Positions 1 to 9,732 are shown, numbered from the stretch's first letter. The stretch: DNA of 35,379 nt from Verrucomicrobiota bacterium (GCA_049510745.1 JBEKYR010000049.1:1-35379); one strand, 5' to 3'. Notes: generated by a model from the sequence alone, not told the origin. Numbers and translations are program-made.

Positions 1-83
1 ATCATCTGTATCGTTTGTTCCGCAATGCCACCGGTTTAACGCCGAAAGCTTACAGGGCAGCCCACGCGTCCCCTGAGAGCTGA
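1..83 (+). CDS. AraC-family transcriptional regulator, C-terminal end (gene starts upstream of window)
   Basis: Frame from position 3 reads HLYRLFRNATGLTPKAYRAAHASPES*, matching the AraC second-HTH signature (R.F+..TG.TP..YR); stop at 81-83. Confidence 0.7.
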   Translation, partial: HLYRLFRNATGLTPKAYRAAHASPES

Positions 84-122
84 CTTTACTCTGCGGACAG
101 GCCCGCCTGCCGGGATGGAATC

Positions 123-938
123 ATGGCCAATTTCGATCCGGCGCATTGGCACGATGTGCTGCTCGACGGCCCCAAAAAACTCCAGCAAATTGAAAATCTC
201 AAAACCATCATCAGCAACGTCGGACGCGCGGGCATCCCTGTTCTCGGCTACAACTTTTCCATCGCCGGCGTCGCCGGCCGAATCAAAGGCCGCTTCGCAC
301 GCGGCGGCGCTGAAGCCGTGGGCATGGATGGCCCGCTCGACCAACCGTTGCCCAACGGCATGGTGTGGAACATGGTCTTCGATAAAAATGCCGGACCCGG
401 CGTGATCCCTTCGGCGACTCAGGAACAGCTTTGGTCACGGCTGAAGTTCTTTCTCGACGAAGTAATTCCCGTGGCGGAAGCGGCCGGCGTCACGCTCGCC
501 GCGCATCCGGATGATCCGCCGCTGCCGTTCGTGCGCGCCCAGCCGCGATTGGTTTACCAGCCGCAGCTTTTTCAGAAACTAATTGACTTGAAACCGAGTC
601 CGCGCAACGCGCTGGAATTTTGCGTTGGCACGGTTGCGGAGATGACGGACGGCGATATTTACGACGCCGTGGAAACTTACAGCCACCAGCAAAAACTCGG
701 CTATCTCCACCTGCGCAATGTCCACGGCAAGGCGCCAACCTACAAGGAAACTTTCATTGATGACGGCGACGTGGACATCGTACGCGTGCTGCGGATTCTA
801 AAGAAGAATAATTACCAAGGGGTACTCGTTCCCGACCACGCGCCGCAGATTAGTTGCGCCGCACCGTGGCACGCCGGCATGGCCTACGCACTCGGCTTCA
901 TGCGCGCCGCACTGAAGTGCCTTGAAAGTGAAGCGTGA
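123..938 (+). CDS. uxuA: Mannonate dehydratase (UxuA family), apparently lacking its N-terminal part
   Basis: Motifs GYNF, LAAHPDDPP, LEFCVGT, HLRNV, ETFIDDGD and PDHAP. The ORF starts abruptly at NFDPAHWHD, only 39 nt after the in-frame AraC stop. Confidence 0.85.
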   Translation: MANFDPAHWHDVLLDGPKKLQQIENLKTIISNVGRAGIPVLGYNFSIAGVAGRIKGRFARGGAEAVGMDGPLDQPLPNGMVWNMVFDKNAGPGVIPSATQEQLWSRLKFFLDEVIPVAEAAGVTLAAHPDDPPLPFVRAQPRLVYQPQLFQKLIDLKPSPRNALEFCVGTVAEMTDGDIYDAVETYSHQQKLGYLHLRNVHGKAPTYKETFIDDGDVDIVRVLRILKKNNYQGVLVPDHAPQISCAAPWHAGMAYALGFMRAALKCLESEA

Positions 939-1063
939 CTCTCAAGTTGTAAAAGCCGCGCCGCCAGATCCGCCAGTTTGGGGAATTGCGGGAAGCATGT
1001 TTTGCATGGCAAATGTGCCACACTTAATCCGGTTCCGGAACTCGATGACTAACTCGGATTGTG

Positions 1064-1230
1064 TTAAAAACAACGGCCGTGGCCTGTCCCAATATAAAAC
1101 CCGGGTAAGGGCGTCCGGCGGCGAATCACGAACGTGCTGACCAGTGCGCCCATGCCCAGCAACGCCATTGTGGTGGGTTCAGGAACCGGAGTAGTTGTAA
1201 GTCCATAAACCCCACATCGTCAAAAATACT
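1064..1230 (-). pseudogene. PEP-CTERM sorting-domain gene remnant
   Basis: Minus frame reads VYGLTTTPVPEPTTMALLGMGALVSTFVIRRR (VPEP, TM helix, basic cluster), stop at 1064-1066. An in-frame stop lies just upstream; the neighbouring frame reads IFDDVG, suggesting a frameshift in a G run. Upstream limit approximate. Confidence 0.7.
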
Positions 1231-1343
1231 CGGAAGGCTAAAAGCATGAGCTTTGGCAAAGGTCTCAAAGAGAATGCCTTTTTGGAGGCGATGTTCCAAA
1301 ACTCGCTCAACGCGCAATCAACTACTCACCGCCAATCAATGCG

Positions 1344-4300
1344 CTAGTCAAGGCGCAGCCGGTAAAACACAGAGGCGCTGCTTCGGTCGAGTGGAACGAG
1401 CAAAGAATTCGTGGGGGGTGTTGCAGGAAGGCCAGGCATACAGGTTTGCCACGGTCCGGCTACGCTTGGCGCACATTCCAATGCATAGGTCGCTCCAATC
1501 CATGAGCACCACTGGAACTCGATTCGACCCGCGGCCAACGCCACCATGAGACGCAGAGGCGGAATCGAGCTTACTTGCACATTGTCGAGAAACACAGACT
1601 GAATTTGCGAGGCTCCAGTCCAACCTTCGTCGGAATCAGCTGAGAATCTGATCGTTATCGACTGGCCGATGCGAGAGCCGTCGTTGGTGTAGCGCAGTTG
1701 GTGTAGTGCTGCGGGCACCGAAACGTTGGTGTATTGCTCAATGTCCACAACCTGCCCACCGATCAGCAACTCAGCCGTGAACCGAAGGTTCTTGATCGAG
1801 GGCTGGGCGATGATTTGGCGGGTGTATTGCACGGTGTACGTTCCACCCGTTTCTCCGCTCACCGTTGTGCCAAGCGTTTGCGCGATGCTCTTGCCCTGCG
1901 GATCGTTCCAGTAGAGGTTCTGGTTGCCGTCAACAACCATGAGTTTATTGACGCCAGCCATTCCAAGCCAGCCGTTGAGACTGACATTGTCCGCCCATAT
2001 TCCAGACAGCCCGGGGCTTCCCGCGGCAATCGCCTCGTCAATAGTGGGGGATTCAAAACTGCCGTTGATTATAAGAGGAGCTTGGGTGCTGAAGGCCGAG
2101 GTTCCACCCAAAACAAGGCTTCCATCCGATTTAATGGTGTCCACACGCCAATAGTATGCTCGATTAGTGATCAGCCCAGTGACTGTAAAAATATTGTTGG
2201 TCTGATTTTGTTTAAACTCAGGCGATCCGTGGTTGGCGTCGGCGACAGACAGGAGGTTGTCACCGCAATACACGTCGTAGGAGACGCCCTGATAGCCTCC
2301 CAGCCAAACCAAATCCACGTTGGTTGTGTTCACCGTTGCGCCATTTGTCGGAACATGTGGCATTGCTTGAGCTGTTTGGTAGCCCGGTATCCAGTAGTTG
2401 CAGTCGCCAAATTCGTAGGCCCCGATATCCGGTGCGGTGCCGAGATAGCCGTCGGTGACTCCCGCAACCGGCAGGCCAGCGTCAACCACTGCGGAACCAA
2501 GCCGTGGGCGGAAATCCCGGCTGTCGAAGTCAATCACCTGCGTTCGGACATCGCCAAGCCAGTTGTGGTCGGCGGTGCCGGGAGGTGAGTCCTGACAGTT
2601 CATCATCCGGTCAACGCCGATGCCGCACGGTCCGGTTAGATTGTTACGAGTAACGGTGTGCGTGTTGCCAAGATTGTCAGGCGAGGTCAGGCAGATGTCT
2701 CGCGTCAGATTCGAAAAGGAGAGATTGTTGAGAACCCGGTGGTAGTCGCCTTCCATGTGGATGGCCGGGCTTTCACCAACACCGGTCATGCCCCACGTTA
2801 CGTTGTGATGCACGAGCATGTTCGTGCCGTAGCCTTGCGGATAGACGACGTTTTCGCCATCGTAGTCGGCGCGAATCCCAAACTTGTTGTTGTCGTGGAC
2901 CCAGCAATGGCGCACCTCGACGCCATTCTGCAATGCGGAAAACACTTGAACGCACGCCCCGTCACCCTGCAGCGCTCCGAGTTGTTGCCCCAAGTCACAG
3001 AGCTCAACCAGGGACTCCGCTCCCACCATGACACACTCGGACGAGCCCGCATTCCAAGCGGTCAGGCGACGAACAATGGAATCACGGGTGCCAATCACGT
3101 TGCAGGTGAAGCCGCCCTGGCCGGACCAATCAATGTCGTGCATTTGGACGTTTTCCACCAGGTCGTACTGGCCCTGGACCACCAGGGCGCTGCCGTCGTT
3201 GTATCCAAATGTGCAATTGCGAATCGTGTTGCACGAACCGCTCGGCCCATTCATTTGCGTGTCGCCAAGCAATTGCGTCATCCCGTTGGTGACCAAATCA
3301 TCTTCCACGCCCAACATGCGCCGGCTGCACGCGTAGTGGTCAAACGCGCAGTCCTGGACGGTGCAAAACGCCCCATTGAGCAAACGGAATGTTGCCCCGA
3401 AGAAATTCAATCCTTCGAGCGTGAGGTTATTCGCGCCGTTAAGGTCGAAGGCGTAGGTGGCGGTTTTGCCGCGCAGATCGCCAGCGGGCGGGCCGCCGCC
3501 GGGCGCCCAGAAAAACAGCTCGCGGGTGGCCGGGCGGTAATACCACTCGCCGGCGGTGTCGAGGCAGTTTAGATGGCACTCCAGGTAGTATCGTTGAGCC
3601 CCCTTATAAAATGCGGTCCACATGAATGGTTGTTGCAAGAGGATGGGGCCGTTGGTGGGGTAATTGAACTGGCCGGACCCGGCGACGTGGTTGGTGATGA
3701 TGCGCGAAAAGGTGATAAAGCGTCCAACGTTGAGCACAGCCATCGCGCCGCTGAAGTTTTTTCCTGTGGCGGCTAAGTCGGGCAGCCCGTTGCCGGTTAG
3801 TGTCACCATTGTGCCATAGGAGCTCGTTTGGTCTCCATGCGCCCAAGTGGCGTCCTGGTCCCAGACATTGCTGGCGGCAAAGCTCGCGTTGGGCCAACGC
3901 GCCGCCGTCATCATCTGGCCGTTGGCGAAAAGCTGCCAGACGTCCTTCGTAAGGGTGGTTTTGTAAATATTGCCGCTATACCGGCTCCAGGCGTTGGTTA
4001 TGGGTTCGGTGCCGTCGAGCGTAACCTCTTCACCGGGATACGCGACGATTTTCACGCCCGTGGCCACTGGCCCGGTGACCGTTTCATGGTAAGCTCCCTG
4101 CCGGACGTAACACACCGAAAAATCGGGCGCGGCGCTGACGGCTTTCTGGATGGTTCGGAATGGCGCGGTCTGCGTACCTGGATTCGCATCCGACCCATAT
4201 GTAGCGACATAGAAGAACAAAGGCGCTACAAGTTGTAGTCCCGCGGGTAGGACAGCGCTGCCCGAAGGAGAAATGACCACGACATCCATCGTCCCCGCTG

Positions 4301-5063
4301 GCTGCGGGGGCGCCTCAACCACGATCGTGTTCGGTCCCTGCCAGCGGAAGGGGGCGGCCACCGTCACACCGCCGAACCTTACCGCCGTGGCGTTTTGAAG
4401 ACCGAGCCCGTAGATCATGACGCAGCCGCCGTCCAGCGCGCTGAGGCGGCCCGGCGCAACGCTGGAAACCGCCGTTGGATCGTCCGAGGCGACCACAGCG
4501 TCGATACAAACGGTTTGGATTTCAGACGGCCCTGTCCAGCCTTTGTTGGCGTTCGCCGAAAAGCGAATGGTGATCGATTGGCCAGTTCGGGTGCCGTCCG
4601 TGGTATAGGACAGTCGGTGAATTCCGGCCGGAACGGATATGTTGGTGAAGCTTTCAAAGTCCATGACCTGTCCGCCCACGAGCAGTGCCGCAGTGAAAAC
4701 CAACGTCGCGATTTGCGGCTGGGCGGTGACCTGCCGTGCATACTGCACGGTGTAGGTGACACCGGTCTGGGCCGTGACTGGTGCGCTGAGCGTCTGCTGC
4801 AAGCTCGCGCCTTGCGGGTCGTTCCAATACATATTCTGGGCGCCATCAAAGACCATCTGCCTGTTGATGCCTGCGCTGCCGCTCCAGCCGTAAAGCTGCA
4901 CATTGTCGGCCCAGACGCCAGTTTGCCCGGGGCAGCCAGCGGCGATAGCTTGGTTGATCGTCGGCGCCTCAAAACCTCCATTGGTTAGCAGCAGCGACGC
5001 CAAGACGGGTTCCAAGGTCAGCGCCCAGCCAGCGACAGCAAGCAGCGGGGCCCACCGCCGCAT
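1344..5063 (-). CDS. Secreted multidomain glycan-active protein: CBM-like domain, IPT/TIG, right-handed beta-helix (GH141/pectin-lyase-fold-like), Fn3-like, second CBM-like domain, C-terminal sorting tail
   Basis: Signal peptide MRRWAPLLAVAGWALTLEPVLA (alternative start 5102). Motifs YVATYGSDANPGTQTAPFRTIQKA, QLFANGQMMTAARWPN, LDTAGEWYY, DFRPRLGSAVVDAG and APDIGAYE; ends SASVFYRLRLD. Confidence 0.8.
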   Translation of the reverse strand: MRRWAPLLAVAGWALTLEPVLASLLLTNGGFEAPTINQAIAAGCPGQTGVWADNVQLYGWSGSAGINRQMVFDGAQNMYWNDPQGASLQQTLSAPVTAQTGVTYTVQYARQVTAQPQIATLVFTAALLVGGQVMDFESFTNISVPAGIHRLSYTTDGTRTGQSITIRFSANANKGWTGPSEIQTVCIDAVVASDDPTAVSSVAPGRLSALDGGCVMIYGLGLQNATAVRFGGVTVAAPFRWQGPNTIVVEAPPQPAGTMDVVVISPSGSAVLPAGLQLVAPLFFYVATYGSDANPGTQTAPFRTIQKAVSAAPDFSVCYVRQGAYHETVTGPVATGVKIVAYPGEEVTLDGTEPITNAWSRYSGNIYKTTLTKDVWQLFANGQMMTAARWPNASFAASNVWDQDATWAHGDQTSSYGTMVTLTGNGLPDLAATGKNFSGAMAVLNVGRFITFSRIITNHVAGSGQFNYPTNGPILLQQPFMWTAFYKGAQRYYLECHLNCLDTAGEWYYRPATRELFFWAPGGGPPAGDLRGKTATYAFDLNGANNLTLEGLNFFGATFRLLNGAFCTVQDCAFDHYACSRRMLGVEDDLVTNGMTQLLGDTQMNGPSGSCNTIRNCTFGYNDGSALVVQGQYDLVENVQMHDIDWSGQGGFTCNVIGTRDSIVRRLTAWNAGSSECVMVGAESLVELCDLGQQLGALQGDGACVQVFSALQNGVEVRHCWVHDNNKFGIRADYDGENVVYPQGYGTNMLVHHNVTWGMTGVGESPAIHMEGDYHRVLNNLSFSNLTRDICLTSPDNLGNTHTVTRNNLTGPCGIGVDRMMNCQDSPPGTADHNWLGDVRTQVIDFDSRDFRPRLGSAVVDAGLPVAGVTDGYLGTAPDIGAYEFGDCNYWIPGYQTAQAMPHVPTNGATVNTTNVDLVWLGGYQGVSYDVYCGDNLLSVADANHGSPEFKQNQTNNIFTVTGLITNRAYYWRVDTIKSDGSLVLGGTSAFSTQAPLIINGSFESPTIDEAIAAGSPGLSGIWADNVSLNGWLGMAGVNKLMVVDGNQNLYWNDPQGKSIAQTLGTTVSGETGGTYTVQYTRQIIAQPSIKNLRFTAELLIGGQVVDIEQYTNVSVPAALHQLRYTNDGSRIGQSITIRFSADSDEGWTGASQIQSVFLDNVQVSSIPPLRLMVALAAGRIEFQWCSWIGATYALECAPSVAGPWQTCMPGLPATPPTNSLLVPLDRSSASVFYRLRLD

Positions 5064-5661
5064 TTGGGAATCTGCAAACCAACTGTCATTTGCCCTCAGC
5101 ATGCTTTGAGTTTCTTTTAATTACGGCTTGTCAAAGCCAGCCCGCTGGCCTTCCGGTCTAAGATAAAGGATGAGAACCACTCCAACAACAACCATTTTGC
5201 GCTCCAATGATACGATTCTGCGCCGCCTATCACCAATGTTGAACGTGTTTTGAATCTTTCAAACTCCGGTTCCGAACGTGGCCGGAAAATGACCATCCAG
5301 TAGGTGATGGGATTATCGCGAGACCCCAATTCCCGTGAGCCATTTGCGCCGCGCCCATTCTGGGCGGCGAGTATGCGTTGGTGACGCAAAAGGGAACATA
5401 AATAGACCCAAAATGGTAGTCGAAACGCCAACGGAATTGCGCATAATGGGAAGCATGTGCGTAAGGCCTTTGAAGCGTTTTCCACCGCCGTGTTTACGGC
5501 AGAAGAGGAAATTCGGACGTTGCCGCTGCCACCAATTTGGAGGCGCTCAACGACAGCAGCGCCCGCCACCCTTTTCTGCCGTCTGCTGTTGGTACCGCCA
5601 GACGATTAGTAGATGGAAACGGGTCTATGTCAACGAACAGAAAGGGCCACGCCGTCCAGCA

Positions 5662-8067
5662 ATGAACAGACACATGTTGTTCTCGAAAACATTCCTTGTT
5701 TCGGTCTGCCTGGTCGCGGCCGCCCAGCCGTTCACAGGGACGGCGCAGGAACCGTTCGAGTTGCGCAAGCACTTCGATTGGCAAATCGCCATCTGCTACC
5801 ACCCGATGTACATGCTCGTGGACGAGGATCGGGGCACACCTGTGCTGGGTGAGCGCGTCCCGCCGTGGGGTGCAGCCACCGCCGAGCAATACCTGGAGCG
5901 TGTGAAACGCAATCTCGCCTCGCTGGAGAAAGACCCGAACCTCACGCTGAATTACGAATGGGCGGCCGGCGCGCTCGAAGATATTGCCCTCCGCTTCCCG
6001 GACGTGATGCAGCGGATGCAAACGGCGCATCGGCGTGGCCAACTCGACTTTGTCGGGGGGGAGTATTCACTGTCCCATACATGCGTTAATGGCTCCGAGG
6101 CGAACTGGCGGCAGTTTGAATTGGGGCTGGAGGTTTTTCGGCGGCTCTTCGGTGAGCGCGTCACTGTCCACGCGCACCAGGAAGACCAGTTGTATTTGCA
6201 GCTTCCGCAAATCTTGCGGTCCTTTGGCTACGAGTACCTGGTGATGCCAAGTTTTCCCTGGGCGATCACGATCACCGACGGTCCGTTTGCGCTGCGGGGG
6301 GACGAGCGCCGCACTTACCTGGCAAAGGGCGACGAGTTCATCTGGGCCACCGCTCCTGACGGCACGAAGCTCCCAGCCTACTTCGCCACCAACGTCCGCG
6401 AGACGAATCCCAACGATGAATACATGAAAGACCTATGGAGTTGCCCGCCGGTCTGGATTGATTTCCCCGACTTGGAGGAATACCACAATCCCAACAACCA
6501 GGCTCGCCCGGTTTTGCTGGGGCCGGCCGTAGCGGAGCGGTTCAAAGTCGCGCCGCCGCGTGCAAGCGGAAAGATTCAGACCTGCTACTCCTACACCGAA
6601 GGGGTCTGGGCTGAGGAACATCTGCGCGCCAGCAAAGCGGCGGAAGAAGCCACCGTGCTGGCGGGCAACCTCCTCGCCATGTCGCGTTTGGCCGGGGCGC
6701 CGCTCGACCGGCAGGACAAGCTCAACGCCCTCTGGCGCACAGTGCTGAAGTATCAGGATCACGATGTGACCTGGATTGAGGTCACCGATCTGCGCCGCAA
6801 GGCCATCGGCCAGTTCCAACAAGTCGTGGCCGAAGATCGCAAGCTGATGGACGAAGTCGCGGCCGCCCTGGTGCAACCGAACACCAACTCCCTCGCGGTC
6901 TTCAATGGCTCGCCTCGACCTCGCGCGGCCTTGCTGGAAGTCGGCGCCGATGAAGTCCCCGGCGGGGGGGCGAAGTTTCAAAAGGCGGGCGGGATGTTTG
7001 TGGGCTTTGTGGATTTGCCTGCGGGCGGTTATCGGAGCTTTCCGCTTGCCCCCGATGGCTGGACCGAATCAAAGGAACTGCAATTGCCCGACAGAATCGT
7101 CACCGACGATTACACAGTTGAGCTTTCTAAAGAGGGCTTGATCAAGCAAATCACTACCGCTAAAGGAGAGAACTTGCTGGCGACCGACAAAGGTTATCTG
7201 GGGGGTGAAATTCGGGCTGTCATCGGCAACCAGTGGGTGAACAACCGATCAGCCGCCTGCAAGTTTTACGACGGTGGGGTTTGCTCTATCCTGGAGAGAT
7301 CAGGGCTGTTTGGTGAGGATGAAGCGGGCGGCGCACCGGCGGCGGACGCCTCCGGCAAAAGTCATTCCGCCACGCTGCCTGAAGCTGAATCTGCCGCCGG
7401 ACAAAGGAGAATCCCGCTGCGGGAGCGCTACTACTTCTTCAAACACCATCCCCTGATCAAAGCCGAACTCGAATTTGATTTTAACGGCAATACGATCGGC
7501 GATTTCCATATTGAAGAAACCAAGCTCAACGTCTATTACCCTACCGCGGGTGGAGAACTCTGGAAGGACGTGCCCTTTGGTTTCGAGTCGGCCCGCGAAG
7601 GCGACCAGTTGCTGGCCCTAAACTGGGTTTACTCCGGCGGCTTGGTTTATGTGAACCGAGGCACGCCCAAACATTGGGTGCGGAATGGAATTGTCGCCAA
7701 CACTTTGGCTTGGGGCGGGAAGAAATGGAGCAACCGCATCCACTACGATTGGTGGATGCAGCGGTGTCAGAACTACGACCTCTGCCTCTACGGCCGGCAG
7801 AGGCTCGAATACTTCTTGATTCCGGCTGGCCCGTTCGATGGGGCTACGGTCACACACGCGGTCGAGGCGCTAACGGCGCCGGTCTTCATCACCTCCGGCG
7901 CCGGCGAGAAATCTCTGTGCCATGTGATGGACGACTCCCTCGCTGTGACTTCGCTGTTCCTGAAGGACAGCCAGCTTTGGGCGCGCGGCTACCAGATGCC
8001 TTCGGCCAAGAAAGGCCGCTTCCGCGACTGGGAAATCTTCAGCCTGCCGGTGCAAGAATTGAAATGA
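5662..8067 (+). CDS. Secreted GH38 (alpha-mannosidase)-like glycoside hydrolase, divergent
   Basis: Likely start MNRHMLFSKTFLVSVCLVAAA (signal peptide). GH38-like segments GQLDFVGG, EANWRQFELG, LPQILRSFGYEY, LWRTVLKYQDHD, VFNGSPRPR and DVPFG. Confidence 0.65.
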   Translation: MNRHMLFSKTFLVSVCLVAAAQPFTGTAQEPFELRKHFDWQIAICYHPMYMLVDEDRGTPVLGERVPPWGAATAEQYLERVKRNLASLEKDPNLTLNYEWAAGALEDIALRFPDVMQRMQTAHRRGQLDFVGGEYSLSHTCVNGSEANWRQFELGLEVFRRLFGERVTVHAHQEDQLYLQLPQILRSFGYEYLVMPSFPWAITITDGPFALRGDERRTYLAKGDEFIWATAPDGTKLPAYFATNVRETNPNDEYMKDLWSCPPVWIDFPDLEEYHNPNNQARPVLLGPAVAERFKVAPPRASGKIQTCYSYTEGVWAEEHLRASKAAEEATVLAGNLLAMSRLAGAPLDRQDKLNALWRTVLKYQDHDVTWIEVTDLRRKAIGQFQQVVAEDRKLMDEVAAALVQPNTNSLAVFNGSPRPRAALLEVGADEVPGGGAKFQKAGGMFVGFVDLPAGGYRSFPLAPDGWTESKELQLPDRIVTDDYTVELSKEGLIKQITTAKGENLLATDKGYLGGEIRAVIGNQWVNNRSAACKFYDGGVCSILERSGLFGEDEAGGAPAADASGKSHSATLPEAESAAGQRRIPLRERYYFFKHHPLIKAELEFDFNGNTIGDFHIEETKLNVYYPTAGGELWKDVPFGFESAREGDQLLALNWVYSGGLVYVNRGTPKHWVRNGIVANTLAWGGKKWSNRIHYDWWMQRCQNYDLCLYGRQRLEYFLIPAGPFDGATVTHAVEALTAPVFITSGAGEKSLCHVMDDSLAVTSLFLKDSQLWARGYQMPSAKKGRFRDWEIFSLPVQELK

Positions 8068-8112
8068 GGCCCACGCTGGTCGTAGGCAAGAAGCCAAACG
8101 GGAAAAACTCAA

Positions 8113-9600
8113 ATGAAACGTGAGTTGTTGTTGCTGACAACCACCCTGAATCTGGCAGCCGCCATCTACACGGCCATCGCCGCAGAAAAGCAATATCAAC
8201 CCACCTGGGAATCGCTGGACGCCCGCCCCAATCCAGCATGGTTCGATGACGCGAAGATCGGCATCTTCATTCATTGGAGCGTCTTTTCGGTCCCAGCGAT
8301 TGCCTGGGTTTATCCCGACAAACCATATGGCTACGGCGGGCATTCCTGCTGGTACGGCATGTATATCGACCGCTTGCGCCTGCTGGCGCCCACGGAACAG
8401 GACAAAATCGAGGCATTCCATCGGAAGACCTACGGTGATGTTCCGTTCAAGGCGTTGGCTCCGCTGTTCAAGGCCGAAGCATTTGACGCCCAGCAATGGG
8501 CCTCCCTCTTCAAGCGATCTGGCGCGCGCTACGCTTTCCTGACATCGAACTTTCACGACGGATATTGCCTGTGGCCCAGCCCGTACAACCTGGGATGGAA
8601 CAGCCAGGATGTCGGACCAAAACGCGATGTACTGGGCGAATTCGGTCGTGCCGTGCGGGATGCAGGCCTACGAGCTGGTTTTTACTACTCGCTAGGTGAA
8701 TTCAATCACCCACTCTATCAGGCCGCCCGCAGCAACGCCACCGTCCTGCCGCGATTCGTGCAGGAGCATCTGCAACCGCAGTTGCGCGAGGCCGTGAAGC
8801 GCTATGCGCCGTCCATCATCTACTTTGATGGAGAGTGGGAATTCCCAGAGGACAGCTTTGAGATGCGAGATTTCTTGGCGTGGCTTTACAACGACTCCCC
8901 GTGCAAAGACGACGTAGTGGTGAACGACCGCTTCGGTGCCGGCTCCCGCGGCAAACACGGGGGTGTCTATTGCTCGGAAGCCGGCGTCAAAGAGAGCGGC
9001 ACGGATCACAAGTGGTGCGAGGATCGCCCAATTAGCCGTGGCAATTGGTCTTACAACCGGCTGGAGAAGTTGGATGATTATCTCGCCGAGCGCGACTTGA
9101 TTCATCTGCTGGTCGAGACCGTGGCGCAGGGTGGCAACCTCCACCTTGCTATCTCACCCTGTGAGGATGGAACCGTTCCCATGCTCCAGCAGGAACGACT
9201 GATGCAGATGGGGGATTGGCTCAAGGTCAATGGTGAGGCCATCTATGGGACCCGGCCTTGGAACATTACGCATGAAGGCCCGCTGGCGCCCACTTACGAC
9301 CCTCGCTTGGACAAGGACTGGCGCTGGACCGTGCGGGACAGGATTCCGATGGTTCAATACACCCGAAAGGGAAATGTTCTGTATGCGATCTGTCTGGCAT
9401 GGCCGGGGAAGGCGCTCACCCTGGAATCACCCGTGCCGACTCAGGTCACAAAGGTGCGTATGCTGGGCGTGGAACAACCCCTATCCTGGAAAACAGCAAG
9501 TAGAGGTCTGACTGTGGAAGTACCGATAATCTCTGCTGGGGAACTTCCCTGTCGTAGCGCATGGGTTTTCGAAATTACCGGACTGCGCAACGTGGAATAA
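8113..9600 (+). CDS. GH29 alpha-L-fucosidase-family glycoside hydrolase, secreted
   Basis: YQPTWESLDARPNPAWFDDAKIGIFIHW, HDGYCLW, nucleophile motif YFDGEW, VVNDR, GDWLKVNGEAIYGTRPW. Confidence 0.93.
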   Translation: MKRELLLLTTTLNLAAAIYTAIAAEKQYQPTWESLDARPNPAWFDDAKIGIFIHWSVFSVPAIAWVYPDKPYGYGGHSCWYGMYIDRLRLLAPTEQDKIEAFHRKTYGDVPFKALAPLFKAEAFDAQQWASLFKRSGARYAFLTSNFHDGYCLWPSPYNLGWNSQDVGPKRDVLGEFGRAVRDAGLRAGFYYSLGEFNHPLYQAARSNATVLPRFVQEHLQPQLREAVKRYAPSIIYFDGEWEFPEDSFEMRDFLAWLYNDSPCKDDVVVNDRFGAGSRGKHGGVYCSEAGVKESGTDHKWCEDRPISRGNWSYNRLEKLDDYLAERDLIHLLVETVAQGGNLHLAISPCEDGTVPMLQQERLMQMGDWLKVNGEAIYGTRPWNITHEGPLAPTYDPRLDKDWRWTVRDRIPMVQYTRKGNVLYAICLAWPGKALTLESPVPTQVTKVRMLGVEQPLSWKTASRGLTVEVPIISAGELPCRSAWVFEITGLRNVE

Positions 9601-9680
9601 TCGGGGCCTGCTTCAGCCGTTGGCGAAGTGTCCGAAGTCACAGGTGGACCTGCAAGGTGCGGACATTTGTCTATGGGGTC

Positions 9681-9732
9681 TAGCAGACTGTTGAAGTGCG
9701 CCGTGACAAAGGCGCACTTTAACGGGCTGCTA
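9681..9732. repeat. 22-bp-arm imperfect inverted repeat between convergent genes (terminator or miniature IS-derived element)
   Basis: tagcagactgttgaagtgcgcc - 8 nt - ggcgcactttaacgggctgcta; 19/22 positions pair Watson-Crick and two of the mismatches are G-U compatible. Confidence 0.75.

Noticed and set aside
5335..5661. N-terminal extension of the GH38-like ORF; similar extensions on mlaD, mlaF, yebC, the integrase and 29006-30715
   Set aside because: Downstream Met starts give signal peptides or family-typical N-termini, and the extensions overlap neighbours or intergenic DNA.
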